From the human T2T-CHM13v2.0 reference genome, Homo sapiens, in the NCBI RefSeq assembly GCF_009914755.1, contig NC_060927.1: DNA of 64,000 bases. One strand, written 5' to 3'. Numbering within the stretch: position 1 is the first letter of the stretch; every line of letters starts with the position of its first letter. The notes beneath the pieces were generated by a model. It worked only from the letters and a program-made list of their open reading frames with translations, did no database searches and had not been told where the DNA came from. Both the position numbers and the translations under genes were made by a program. This document shows positions 53,501 to 64,000 of the stretch, piece after piece.

Positions 53501-53889
53501 CTGACACAGTCTGTTTCTAGTCTGGCCACCAGTCTAGTTTGGACTATTACTGATGCTGTGGAAGTGGTAAGCACCAAGTCTTAAATGCACTCCTCTTAAG
53601 CAGTAAGCTCAATGCCAGGAATCTTTGAATAATAAACAAATAAAACTAAACCAATCTTCAAAACAAGTTTGCCTCATTGGCTTCTGGAACACTTAGATCT
53701 CTTCAATGGCAAGATTTTCATGGTCAGACCTGCATCAAGTTAGTTAGTTAGGTTGCCAGTTAATAAAAGTAAAGATTTTGGGCAAGTTGTTTATAAAGAG
53801 GTAAGAGATGTTGTATTTGTTTCTGAACTTGGATAAATATTATATTGATATCAATATCCATGCCATTCATTTAGGGTTTGTTCAGAAAT

Positions 53890-54003
53890 CATAGAATAAA
53901 GTTTTTAGAAGGCATCCCAACCAATCTCATATTTTAACAGGTGAGGAAACTGAAGCTCAGATTAGTTAAAGGACTTTCCCAAAGTAACAGAGCTGATTAA
54001 TGG
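53890..54003 (-). mobile_element. MIR
   Basis: attttaacaggtgaggaaactgaagctcaga...gactttcccaaagtaacagagct. Confidence 0.75.
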
Positions 54004-55159
54004 AAATGTACATTGCAAAATATCATATTCGCAGCAGTGCCTATTCAATGCTAATTGAGTGAATGAATTAATGTTTGAATATTGAATAAACATGATGGGC
54101 AGAACAAGAAGTCATTGAGAAGAAAGAAGTTGTCATTAACTAGTAATAGGACAGATAGCAGATTTCAAAAGTAACATGGCAATCATACTTAAATTTTCTG
54201 AGATTGAACTTTTAAAATGGGCCACCCTGAATGAAACATTTATATTTAATTTTCCCTGGGAACTGTTTTGGCTTTGCTTCTAAACACATCATGGTGATAT
54301 GGCATGCAATTTCTCTCTGCTGAAGCTCTGCTTATTCCAGAATCCAATCAGGTCAGGTCAGATACCTTGAAAATCATGAGCAGAGTCTTCAAAAGAAACC
54401 TAGCACAACTCTTTGAAAATGTATTTTTCCTATTATTAAGACAGGGCACTGTCTTGCTGAGCTGTTTTTTCCTATACCTCGGTAAGTGTTTCATGAGTCA
54501 CCTTTGCTCAGCCTGACAGCAGAGCAGTTCAGAAGGTCACAGCCTTCTTTCTGGTTCTAAAAGACTGCACATCCCTGGAACGAGGGGTATTGTTTTACTG
54601 GAAGAAAAACTAATTAGGGTAAGAAATACATTAATGAGCACTGTAGTAGTCTATATACAATAAATAAAGAAGAGGAGAAAGGATAACAAGGAGAAGGAAG
54701 TCAAAACACACAATGAAAGCCTTAGAAAGTTGAGTTTCCACACATAAAACTATCTGAAGAAAACCAGAGAGAAAAATTAATTTGCTTCTTCAGTCCTTAG
54801 AGCACTGATTCCCAACCTTGGTTTTGTGACACTCCAGGATGTCCCCAATTATCTCAACAAATGTCATGAAATGTTCCAAAGAATTCTCAAAATGAAATTA
54901 GTTTTATTTCATTTAAAAATAGATGGCCAGTAGCTCTTTCAAGAGCAAGGGAATCAAATGAGCGATTGGCTGCCACCAGCCTAAAAAGGTTGCAGAACAC
55001 CAGGTTAGGGCTAATGAAAGCCACACTGCCATTTTGGAATAAAAATTTGTAATACTTTTCTAGACATTTTTGTCATCCAAATCCCTTGAGATTTATTCTT
55101 AAAAATAGAATAATAATAAAGATAAATGTTTGAGACACTTACTCCACCAATTGACCATA

Positions 55160-55405
55160 CAGTGGGCAGTAGGATTAACTGGAAAGAACGAGAGGTTGGG
55201 AGTCAGATGGCCCTGCCTTGAAAACTGGCTTGGCTACTTAATTGTGGAGGAATCTGAGTGTCTTCCTGTACACAATGCTTTCCTATTATTAGGAAAGCAT
55301 GCATATGCATCCTAATAATAGTAATAGTAACTACTGACTTCTTAGGGGTGTTGTGGCATGAAACAAGATGTCTATGAAACATGTAGTACAGTAGCCTCAT
55401 AGTAT
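55160..55405 (+). mobile_element. MIR with a non-MIR palindromic patch at 55290-55315
   Basis: gttgggagtcagatggccctg...ggctacttaatt...tttcct...aataatagtaatagtaactact...ggggtgttgtg...gtacagtagcct. Confidence 0.65.
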
Positions 55406-57774
55406 CTACTGCAATGGAGATGCCTTTCTTACCACCTTCTGACTTTTAAGATGAAAATGCAAGCTGATGTAAATACTCCTGGTGGCGGCCGTGGTGGTGG
55501 TGGCCCTGGGGGATGGTGCTAGCTTCCAGTATGGGGAATGGACATGTCTGTCACCCTTGGAGACAAGCAGAGGCCCCATGCTACTTTTTTATGGACAGAG
55601 ATTGGGCAAGAGCAATAGAGGTCTGGCTGGTGCTGTTTTCTGCTCGTTTCCCATTAGTGCATCTGGGATAGCAGCCTCCCTATGCCTCAGAGATATTTCT
55701 AGTATACTTTTTTTTAAAAGTGGAGAAAAGCCGGTGATCTGAAGCCAGTGACCTCCAAGTGTATACTGAGATTAAGCAACAACAAAGGAAGAATGAGAAG
55801 TACTTGCTCTTGGCAGGAGATTCTTAGAGCATGAAAGTATCAGGAGGGACATTAGAGATCAATCTTATTTCACTCCCTCCCTTAAGGAACAATGAAAGTG
55901 AGGCTAGGAGAGATGAAGTGGCTCATCTAGAACACCCAGCAAATTGGAACCATGGTTTCCACTCAGCCTTGTAGAATGTGCAAGACTCAAAATCAGGAGA
56001 ATAATTGAATTTTGCCAGCCTTAACCATTTTCCCTGCTTTGTTTTTCACTGAGTGAGACACCTTTCAAAGATTTCATTCTCAAATAAAGAAAACAGGTTC
56101 AGGGGAGTAAAGTCTTCCGCCTAACAGCACAGAAACTTTAAGAAAATGGATTTTGGTTTTTGACATCATGTTGAGTGGAAGGTTGTAATGAGACATGAGC
56201 ATAAATAAAAATCATAAATACAACCTAAGAATTAAGGCATGATGAAGCAATTAGAAATACACGGCACTCCATTCAGCCTGTACCTGAGATCTGACTATGC
56301 TGAGAAGAGTCCATGGTGGCCCTTTAACAGTACATAGAAATCCAAGCTCATGGCAGAAACTGAGTGTCTGGAGCACTAATAAACACTACTAGTAAATTAT
56401 TTGCTTAGAAAAAAATTATAATTCTGTTTCATACTATTTTATACACCTTTGCCAAAGCAATCTGTTTTAGAATTAAGTGGCATAAATATTTGCCCCTCTC
56501 TCCCTTCCCAGAGAATCATAGAATCTCGGGATTTAAAAGGGTCTTTTGGTCCAACCTCTGACTCAAAGCAAAAATCCCTTCTCCAGCATCCCATCCAGCT
56601 AGTCTCTGCTTGGCCACATTCAACGTAAGATAGTGTCAGAACATATAACTATAGTGGAAAAGAAAGCACAAAAACAGGGCTTGGAAAAGGAAAGCATGCA
56701 TATGCATCCTAAAGATTGGTTTTGCTGAATCAGGATCTAGTGAATAATAATAAAAATAACACTCCCACTTCAAGTCCACACACTAGGCAGCAGTCTGGAG
56801 GATTTTCCCCTCCCAGATGCTGTTTACATGTCAAACAAGAGGCCATGATCATGGTGGAGTCTCAGCTGTGTTCAGTGCAAATACAGTGATGTGGGCAAAA
56901 TAAACAACAGAATCACAGAGGAGGGTGCAAACAAACAGTGTGGTTGCACATTTCTAAGTAAAATGCCCCAGTTATGGAAGTGCCTGAGAGGTTAAAAGAC
57001 CGTGTATCAGCCACCTTTGTTCACTCCCCTTAAAAGCATAATTGTGACAGGGTTAAAGTAAATTCACTTTTCAAGGAAGAAGCTGTAACCTTCCTTTATG
57101 TATATGTTATATTAGTCAAGATCAAGATGAATCCAGGCCATCCTATTGCTAAGGTGGAATATTTGATTAACTTAAACATCTTACTAAGCCTCAGTCACAA
57201 ATGTGACCCAATAATCTTACTGTTGGGTATCACGGAGTAGCCTCCCGAAGACGTAGGAGTTTTGTTTATCTTGCAGTGTGTGGCTAAAGCAGATAGTAAG
57301 AACTGACAACCAAAGAGAGCACTCAGGTCTATAGTTTGAACCTCTTGAACACTGGAAAAAGTTTTTTAATATTGTTTTTAGTTAATTTCTCCCTCATCAC
57401 TCTAAGTTATATTTGAATTTTTAGCAGTGCCGCAGGGAGTAATATAGCACTATTTGTGGATTTTAGTTACAGCCAATTCAGAATTCATGACATGGCCCCA
57501 TTTTGAGAATCAGTGAATTCCCCATTTGTCTCTTTATTATGCACCAGGTACTAGCATAAATACAAATAAAAAAAAGCTCTGCTTTTAGAGACTGTGGAGA
57601 AGATAGAAATAAAGAGATAAAAACAATTCTTTCTTTTTTTATTTAAAAAAATCATATGCTCACAATCAGATTAGAAGTGTATTTACCATAACACTCCATG
57701 TCCCTTTAGATACACTGGATGGTTTTATGTATTGCATTAACTGCTTTTATTTATATTTATAAAAGAAAACAAAC

Positions 57775-57955
57775 TTGGGATTGAAATGTGGCTTTGCTGT
57801 TTACTAGCTATAACCCTGAACAAAGTAATGTCTCCGAATCTGTAAAATGGAGTTAGTAACATCAACTCTGGAGGCTTACAAGGCTGTAAAATGCATGAAG
57901 CATCTACTATTGTATCGGATACAAGTAGCTGGTCAATAAGTGGTAACTATTATTA
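57775..57955 (+). mobile_element. MIR
   Basis: ggctttgctgtttactagctataaccctgaacaa...atctgtaaaatggagttagtaac. Confidence 0.72.
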
Positions 57956-58029
57956 ATTGCTTGCTTTATGTTCTAATAGTTCTGAGACTTGTCCAGTTTC
58001 AGGTGCAAAGCATTTAAACAATATTTTAG

Positions 58030-58336
58030 GGCCAGGCGAAGTGGCTCACACCTGTAATCCCAACACTTTGGGAGGCTGAGGCGGGCAGATCACGAGGTCA
58101 GGAGATGGAGACCATCCTGGCTGACATGGTGAAACCCCGTTTCTACTAAAAATACAAAAAATTTAGCCGGGCTTGGTGGCGGGCACCTGTAGTCCCAGCT
58201 ACTCAGGAGGCTGAGGCAGGAGAATGGCATGAACTCAGGAGGCGGAGCTTGCAGTGAGCCAAGATCACGCCACTGCACTCCAGCCTGGGCGACAGAGCGA
58301 GACTCTGTCTCAGAAAAAAAAAAAAAAAAAAAAAAA
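58030..58336 (+). mobile_element. AluY-like
   Basis: gatcacgaggtcaggagatggagaccatcctggct, gaatggcatgaac, ggcggagcttgcagtgagcc, poly(A); TSD aacaatatttta on both sides. Confidence 0.95.
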
Positions 58337-59599
58337 TTTAACAATATTTTAAATAACTGTTGGTCATGAAAATATGTCCATACATAATTTTTCGAGTGTT
58401 TGTTATATTTGCCACTTTCCATTTTTAAATCTTCTAAACATACAAAGGGACATAGATAACAAACGTTTTAAGACCTATAAAACATGTGAACCAACCATCT
58501 AATTAAAGGATTAGAACATCACCAATAGCATTGCACCTTTTTTGAGAGTTCTTAAGATAATTATCAATACTTGCTATACAATTTTTATTTATTTTATTGC
58601 TAAATTCTTATATCCAACTTATAATAGCAGGTAATGGTTTTCATACAGTATTTGTGAGAATGCTAAAAGTAGTGGCAGGAAGAGTGGCACACCTGGGTAT
58701 TGAGGTAGAGGAAGGAAAAGGAGGGAGGTTGTTGCTTTTCTACAACATTCACACTTAAATGCATCCTGGCTGCCATTCAGTGTGAGTTCAGGCTGACCCA
58801 TTGTCTCTGTGGGAGCCATTTTTGCTCTAAGGTTTCATAAAACATAAGAAAACTGCATTTTATTAGCACTTTGTAAATTTAAGTGCACCAGGGAAAATTG
58901 CCTTATTAAGCATTACTGAGTTACCTGAAAAACACAATGTTAGAAACTAATATTTTTACAGAAGACTGACATTAATGGTTGGTTATACTTCCCTTGAGAG
59001 CTTAATAATCTTTGATGAATAAAAAGTTCTCTTGTGAACAGGAAACAAGAAAACATTTTAGAAAGTAAATAACAGTTAACAGAGGACTCCTCTTTCCCTG
59101 TCTGGTAACCCAAAACGGCCATCATAAATCACCAATTAATGTCTGTATAAGTATCTGTCACAGAAGAGAGTTCTAGGTAATGATATAGACTTGCTGTATT
59201 CAAGGAAAACAAGTTTCCTGGCAATGGTACACCATGCAACCTTTTTATATAAGATTTGCAAGTGCTGACTTAAAAAGTATGAAGTAAAAAAAAATGCTCA
59301 AGTAAAAATCATGAATGTTGGAAAGGAGGCTTATATCTTATTTAATTTTGATGTTATGAATGCAGAGAAAGTCACTTATGAGTAAAAGTAATGTGTTTGT
59401 TAAAAACCAATATACACCAATATTTAATACTTTCGGTAAAATTTTTATGTTCACTTTTTGGTAACATATTGTGACCAATTATAATTTTTGCATTTGTATG
59501 TCCTCCTGACTCCCTCAAAGTTTTCCTGAAAACAGTTTTTTGTTTGTTTGTTTGCTTTTTGAGATTTCAACACACTCAGAAATAGCCATTAAAATGATT

Positions 59600-60180
59600 C
59601 TTTACTGTTGATAGCACAAAAGGGTGACTACAGGCAATAACTTAATTGTACATTTTATTTATTTATTTATTTATTTTTATTTATGTATTTTGAGATGGAG
59701 TTTCGCTCTTGTTGCCCAGGCTGGAGTGCAATGGCACAATCTCAGCTCACAGCAGCCTCCGCCTCCCAGATTCAAGCAATTCTCCTGCTTCAGCCTCCTG
59801 AGTACCTGGGATTACAGGCATGCGCCACCACACCCAGCTAATTTTGTATTTTTAGTAGAGACGGAGTTTCTCCATTTTGGTCAGGCTGGTTTCGAACTCC
59901 CGACCTCAGGTGATCTGCCTGCCTAGGCCTCCCAAAATGTTGGGATTACAGGCATGAGCCATTGCGCCCAGCCCTTAATTGTACATTTTAAAATAACTTA
60001 AAGAGTGTAATTAAGAGTGTAATTGGATTGTTTCTAACTCAAAGGAGGGAATGTTTGAGGGGATAGGTACCCCATTCTTCATGATGTGCTTATTTCACAT
60101 TCTATGTCTTTATCAAAACATCTCATGTACCTCACAAATGTACACACCTACGATGTACCCACAAAAATAAACAAAAAATT
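59600..60180 (+). mobile_element. L1MA 3' end split by an Alu
   Basis: gatagcacaaaagggtgactac...cttaattgtacattttaaaataact...gtttgagggga..taccccatt...tgtacccacaaaaat. Confidence 0.85.
59657..59973 (-). mobile_element. AluSp-like
   Basis: (ttta)n tail, gagtttcgctcttgttgcccagg, tttctccatt..ggtcaggctgg, cccgacctcaggtgatc; exact TSD cttaattgtacatttt at 59641-59656 and 59974-59989. Confidence 0.95.
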
Positions 60181-60749
60181 TAAATGATACCTAAATAATA
60201 GCCTAGGGACAGTAAAAGCGATATGTTCTATGTAGTCATGTAAATGATAAATAGTGCCATGCCTGAGCAGCAATCATAATCAGATGTTCAAATTGTGGGT
60301 TTGGGAACATTGTAACGAAAAGCAATCCTCTGAGAAAATCAGTGTGCACTGATGGGGGCGCTATTTCTGTTTTTTATCATAAGCATTAATCATTTTATTG
60401 CTTTGATAAGAAGATGTAGTTATAGTTGGAGATGGTGTTAAAAAAAAAAAAAAAAAAGCCCTCAGCAGTGGATAGAGAAATCTTTTGCTTTCAGTTTTTC
60501 TTAGAAATCCCTTCATGTGCTGCCTCTCCTGGCCCTCCCTCAACTCTCCCGCTCATACACACATACACAAACACACGCACACTGGTGTCGTCTTGTCTTT
60601 AGTCTGGCTTGAGCTGCCTGAGGGCTTCTGGGGCAGCCTTGATGTCCTAAAGGGTGTGTGAAATTGAAGACAAACATTTTTACTAGGAGTTTACAGCCAT
60701 AACAAAGTAAACTGTAGGCCCTCCAGGTGTCCTTGATGGGTAGGAACAA

Positions 60750-60945
60750 AGGCCTGTGGTGAAGCAAAAAGAGCCCTGGAGTTTGAATTAGAAGAAGCTG
60801 CCTTTGAGTCCCTGCTCCAAGTTCATGGGCTGGGTGAACTTGGGTAATCACTTTCTCTCTCCAAGTCTCCGTTTCATCAGGAGTCAAATGAGGGAGCAAG
60901 ACTAGGTTATTGCTCAAAGTCTTTACCCAGCTCTAGGAACCTATG
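60750..60945 (+). mobile_element. MIR (MIR3/MIRc-like)
   Basis: aaaagagccctggagtttgaattagaaga...gctgggtgaacttgggtaatcactttctctctcc...aaatgagggag..gactagg. Confidence 0.7.
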
Positions 60946-61419
60946 GTCCCAGTGTTTGCTTTACCCTTTATATTTTATTGGTTACTTTCCCATAATTAAA
61001 AAAAAATGATGTCTTAAATGTTTAGAAACCAAAGAATAAAATTGCATTTCAAATAGAATCATAAAATTTGGGTGATTTTCTTCTCCTTATTTTTAGTAAT
61101 TAAAAGTTACTTTTAAAAATAAAATAAGACAAAATTTCCTTTAGATTTTCCCTTTTGAAGAAACCAAAAGATGGTGGTATGTTGGTTCTCCTTCACCACA
61201 AGGGAAATTTCATTCATTTGTTTGCTTATTACTCTAAGACATAATTTGTTTTTCAAATGTTTAATAAAAAGTGCCCATAAAACATAGAGTTTTTATACAC
61301 GAATCATTATTTATTATGGAAGGTTGTATCATGCATTTCAGTTAACAAACCATATTTACATGCAGGATCATACTGCCTTACCTTATCCTAGTCCCACTCT
61401 ATTAGGAAGGCAAGCAAGA

Positions 61420-61545
61420 TACTAATCAAGACATCTGATCCATGGGGAAACCAAGGCTCAGAGAGGTTGGAACTTGGCCACAGCTGCACAGAAACAGACA
61501 GAGCCAGAGCTGAACATAGACATCTCCTAGAGCTGGGTCCCAAGT
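61420..61545 (-). mobile_element. MIR
   Basis: atggggaaaccaaggctcagagaggttggaacttggccacagctgcacag. Confidence 0.7.
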
Positions 61546-61869
61546 GAGTGTTAGTGTGATTAAACTAAACTCACTTAATTCAAGGCCACTGTATACATCA
61601 AATGACATTTCACCTGTATTAAGAAGTTTATTTCATTTCTAGTTTGAAGCTTAGACTCCTTTAAATAGTTCAAGCACTGGCCACAGTTCAAGTTCAAAGC
61701 ATGGTATATCAATTCAGAGGTTGGGAATGCCCTTTGATGAATACCTTAGAACATAAGAAATAACTCATAGAAAAAGATAAAGAAGAAAAGGGAATAAAGT
61801 ACATTTCCTTAGAATGTTGGAACCATTGCCTTCTAGTTGAAGAATGTGGATGTCAGGTGGGAGGGGGAA

Positions 61870-62095
61870 TGAACTAGTACTTTAGAACTATGCAGACCTG
61901 GGTTAGAACCCTGACTCTTCCTCTTTCTGACTCTTACACATTTGGTAATACATCCCTTGGAGCCTCTGTTTAGTCCTAGGCTAAAATGTAAATATTTAAC
62001 TTGCAAGGTTGTTTGTAAGCATCAGAGACAATTATATAAAGTGCTCGTCATGTAGTGCTTGACAAAATAAGCACTTCATAAGCAGTGGCTATTGT
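61870..62095 (+). mobile_element. MIR
   Basis: cagacctgggttagaaccctgactct...gagcctctgttt...taaaatg...aaagtgct...gtgcttgaca...agcacttcata. Confidence 0.7.
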
Positions 62096-62694
62096 TCATA
62101 GGAATCATTTTCTTTCAAATTGTTAGATCTATTTTGTGATGTATTGTACTATTTAATGTAAGAAATCTAATGTAAGTATAGGGGGAGCTCTATCAGTGGG
62201 AGACCTGTTGAACTTAAATAATCTCTGAGATCCCTTGCAACTCAGCCCTTTTTGTAATTTATATTTTCCAATTTGCTACATCTATTAGAGACCCTGATTA
62301 TGGTGGTGAAATAGATACTACCAACTTCATACATGTGATCTGTTATCCAAATATATATGTGTTACAAACAACTTTCAAAATAGAACCTGTACATATACAA
62401 AAAAGAAAATGCTAGTTTTTACTAAAAACAGTGCTAGAAAGGGACTGGCACTAATAGCAACAGTAACAATAGCAATAATAGCAACAATCATTTTTAAAGC
62501 ATCTACTCTATTTTAGGCACTGTATGCCACAATGTGGAAACTTGACGGTATCCTCAAGACACTAGAGAGCATGACCAGGGGATGATGCCAGGGTGGGCAA
62601 GACATAGCATGCATTATACCTGTGTAGCTAAAGTGCCCACAAGAGACTGCAAAACTTCTCTAAGCAGCAGGTATGTCATGAAAAATATGTTGTG

Positions 62695-62830
62695 ATTGGA
62701 TCAAAGGACCAGAATCTATCTTTTATTAGTCCTGGGTGACTTTGGACAAGTCATTATCTTTTTGGGCCTCAGTTTCCTCAACTATAAAAAAAATAGCTGG
62801 AATAATCTTTCAAGTCCAGTATTCTATGAC
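62695..62830 (+). mobile_element. MIR
   Basis: ctgggtgactttggacaagtcattatctttttgggcctcagtttcctcaactataaaa. Confidence 0.78.
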
Positions 62831-63818
62831 CCTGTTGTACTAATTATTTTTATAACTTGCCTGAACCAGCTCAGTTGTTTTAAGTGTATACAATCCTATA
62901 GGTATATACACTCTGTTTAATTCTTTTTCTCCTATCTTTCTTTCTTTCTTTCTTCTTCCTTAAAACAACATTATTTTGGCCAAGAATAAGTTGGAATGTC
63001 ACAAATTTGCATAAATAGCTGAATTGACTCACAAATATGTTTTCTAATTAAGTTTTAATTTTTAAAATTTCTTGTAGAATTAACCCCATCAATCTCCTTT
63101 TGATGCTTAAATAGTATTGGAAAAATCAAGCTTTATACTGAGAAGTGGTGCTAGTAACTGCACTAAGTTCCTATTAACCAACGATGTAGTTTTCACAAAT
63201 TTCATAGTGATTAGACCCATAGGAATGAGAGTAAAGTGAGTGTCAGAGATCCAATTACTATACTGTGCAGTTAAAATGTCTAGATGAGATTTTTGAACTC
63301 TCAACTCAATCTTTTTCCTTCTTCTTAAATGACTCCTAAGGAGAATAGCATATTAAGGAAAAATCCAGATATTAGATTGATATAAGAAAGGAAGAAAAAC
63401 AGCACCAGGCAACAGGGGTAAAAATGTCTCTATAAATGTGACAGACATAAAAGAAAGTGAAGGAAAGTTAAAAATTACCATAGGGCAGGCAAGACACCTG
63501 CTAAAGAACCTTCTGCTGCCAGTCACAGCTGGAAAGAAAAATGAAAGAGATGCAAACAACTGTCCTGGAAGCATGAAATCATTCTTTTGTCTTTTTTTTT
63601 CTTATGAACAATTACAGTATGCAGAAATTAGGGGGGGATCTCAAAGTATTGGGATGAAAATTTCAGCGGGTTCTGCATATAAATAGCAGAGGCATGGAAG
63701 TGTGCCTCTTTGAAAACAAGATGTGTTTGGGAGCTCCCCGTGCATTGAAGAAAGTGGTAATTAATGCATAGTGAATGACTTTGAATGAAGGATGAATAGG
63801 GGACATAACAATGGGTAG

Positions 63819-63892
63819 TTTTTTCTTTTCCTTTTTCTTCTCTTCTTTTTTTTTTTCCTTTTTCTTTCTTTTCTTCTTCTTTTTTTTTTTTT
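63819..63892 (+). repeat. 74-nt pure pyrimidine (T/C) tract ending just before AAG|G
   Basis: Directly visible; AG at 63894-63895 is a possible splice acceptor. Confidence 0.85.
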
Positions 63893-64000
63893 AAGGTTAA
63901 AGCATTGAAGAAAGAAAGCTGTTAAAAGATGGCTACTGTGAGGCTACCACTTCAATGTCTGTCTTCTGTGGCTTTCCTCTCGAGGCTGTGGTGGGAGTTT

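Noticed and set aside
54341-54481. Possible + strand exon (ttccAG ... TCG|GTAAGT)
   Set aside because: The donor is good but the acceptor is mediocre; isolated GTAAGT matches are common by chance (also near 15361, 25483, 28213, 34433, 43057).
63742-63914. 13-bp direct repeat gcattgaagaaag around the pyrimidine tract as a TSD
   Set aside because: For a minus-strand retro-insertion the T tract should directly follow the first copy; it lies near the second, so the geometry does not fit.

Overview
Primate (human-like) AT-rich, CpG-poor intronic/intergenic DNA. I recognise no intact protein-coding gene; the ORF-track entries trace to Alu, L1, Tigger1 or simple-repeat sequence, or are chance ORFs. 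Much of the window is interspersed repeats: 10 Alu/FRAM copies, a long ancient L1 with nested inserts, several L1 3' fragments with target-site duplications (TSDs), a near-complete Tigger1, MaLR LTRs, MER5 elements, and many MIR/L2 relics. Repeat subfamily names come from remembered consensus sequences and most repeat boundaries are approximate. The unique sequence holds several splice-signal-bounded candidate exons (+ strand: 1012-1094, 14029-, 25719-~26000 with AATAAA, ~42219-42737, 63896-; - strand: 50199-50324), consistent with spliced, probably non-coding, transcripts that I cannot name. Most notable: (i) an exact 25-bp sequence containing the palindromic POU-dimer MORE motif ATGCATATGCAT present twice, 1397 bp apart; (ii) a promoter/exon-like segment at ~42.1-42.7 kb carrying a wobble-rich hairpin and a 23-bp palindrome next to a perfect splice donor; (iii) a hairpin just upstream of the candidate terminal exon; (iv) a ~500-bp TG-rich satellite whose unit variants look like CpG-deamination products. 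None of this establishes a new biological system.
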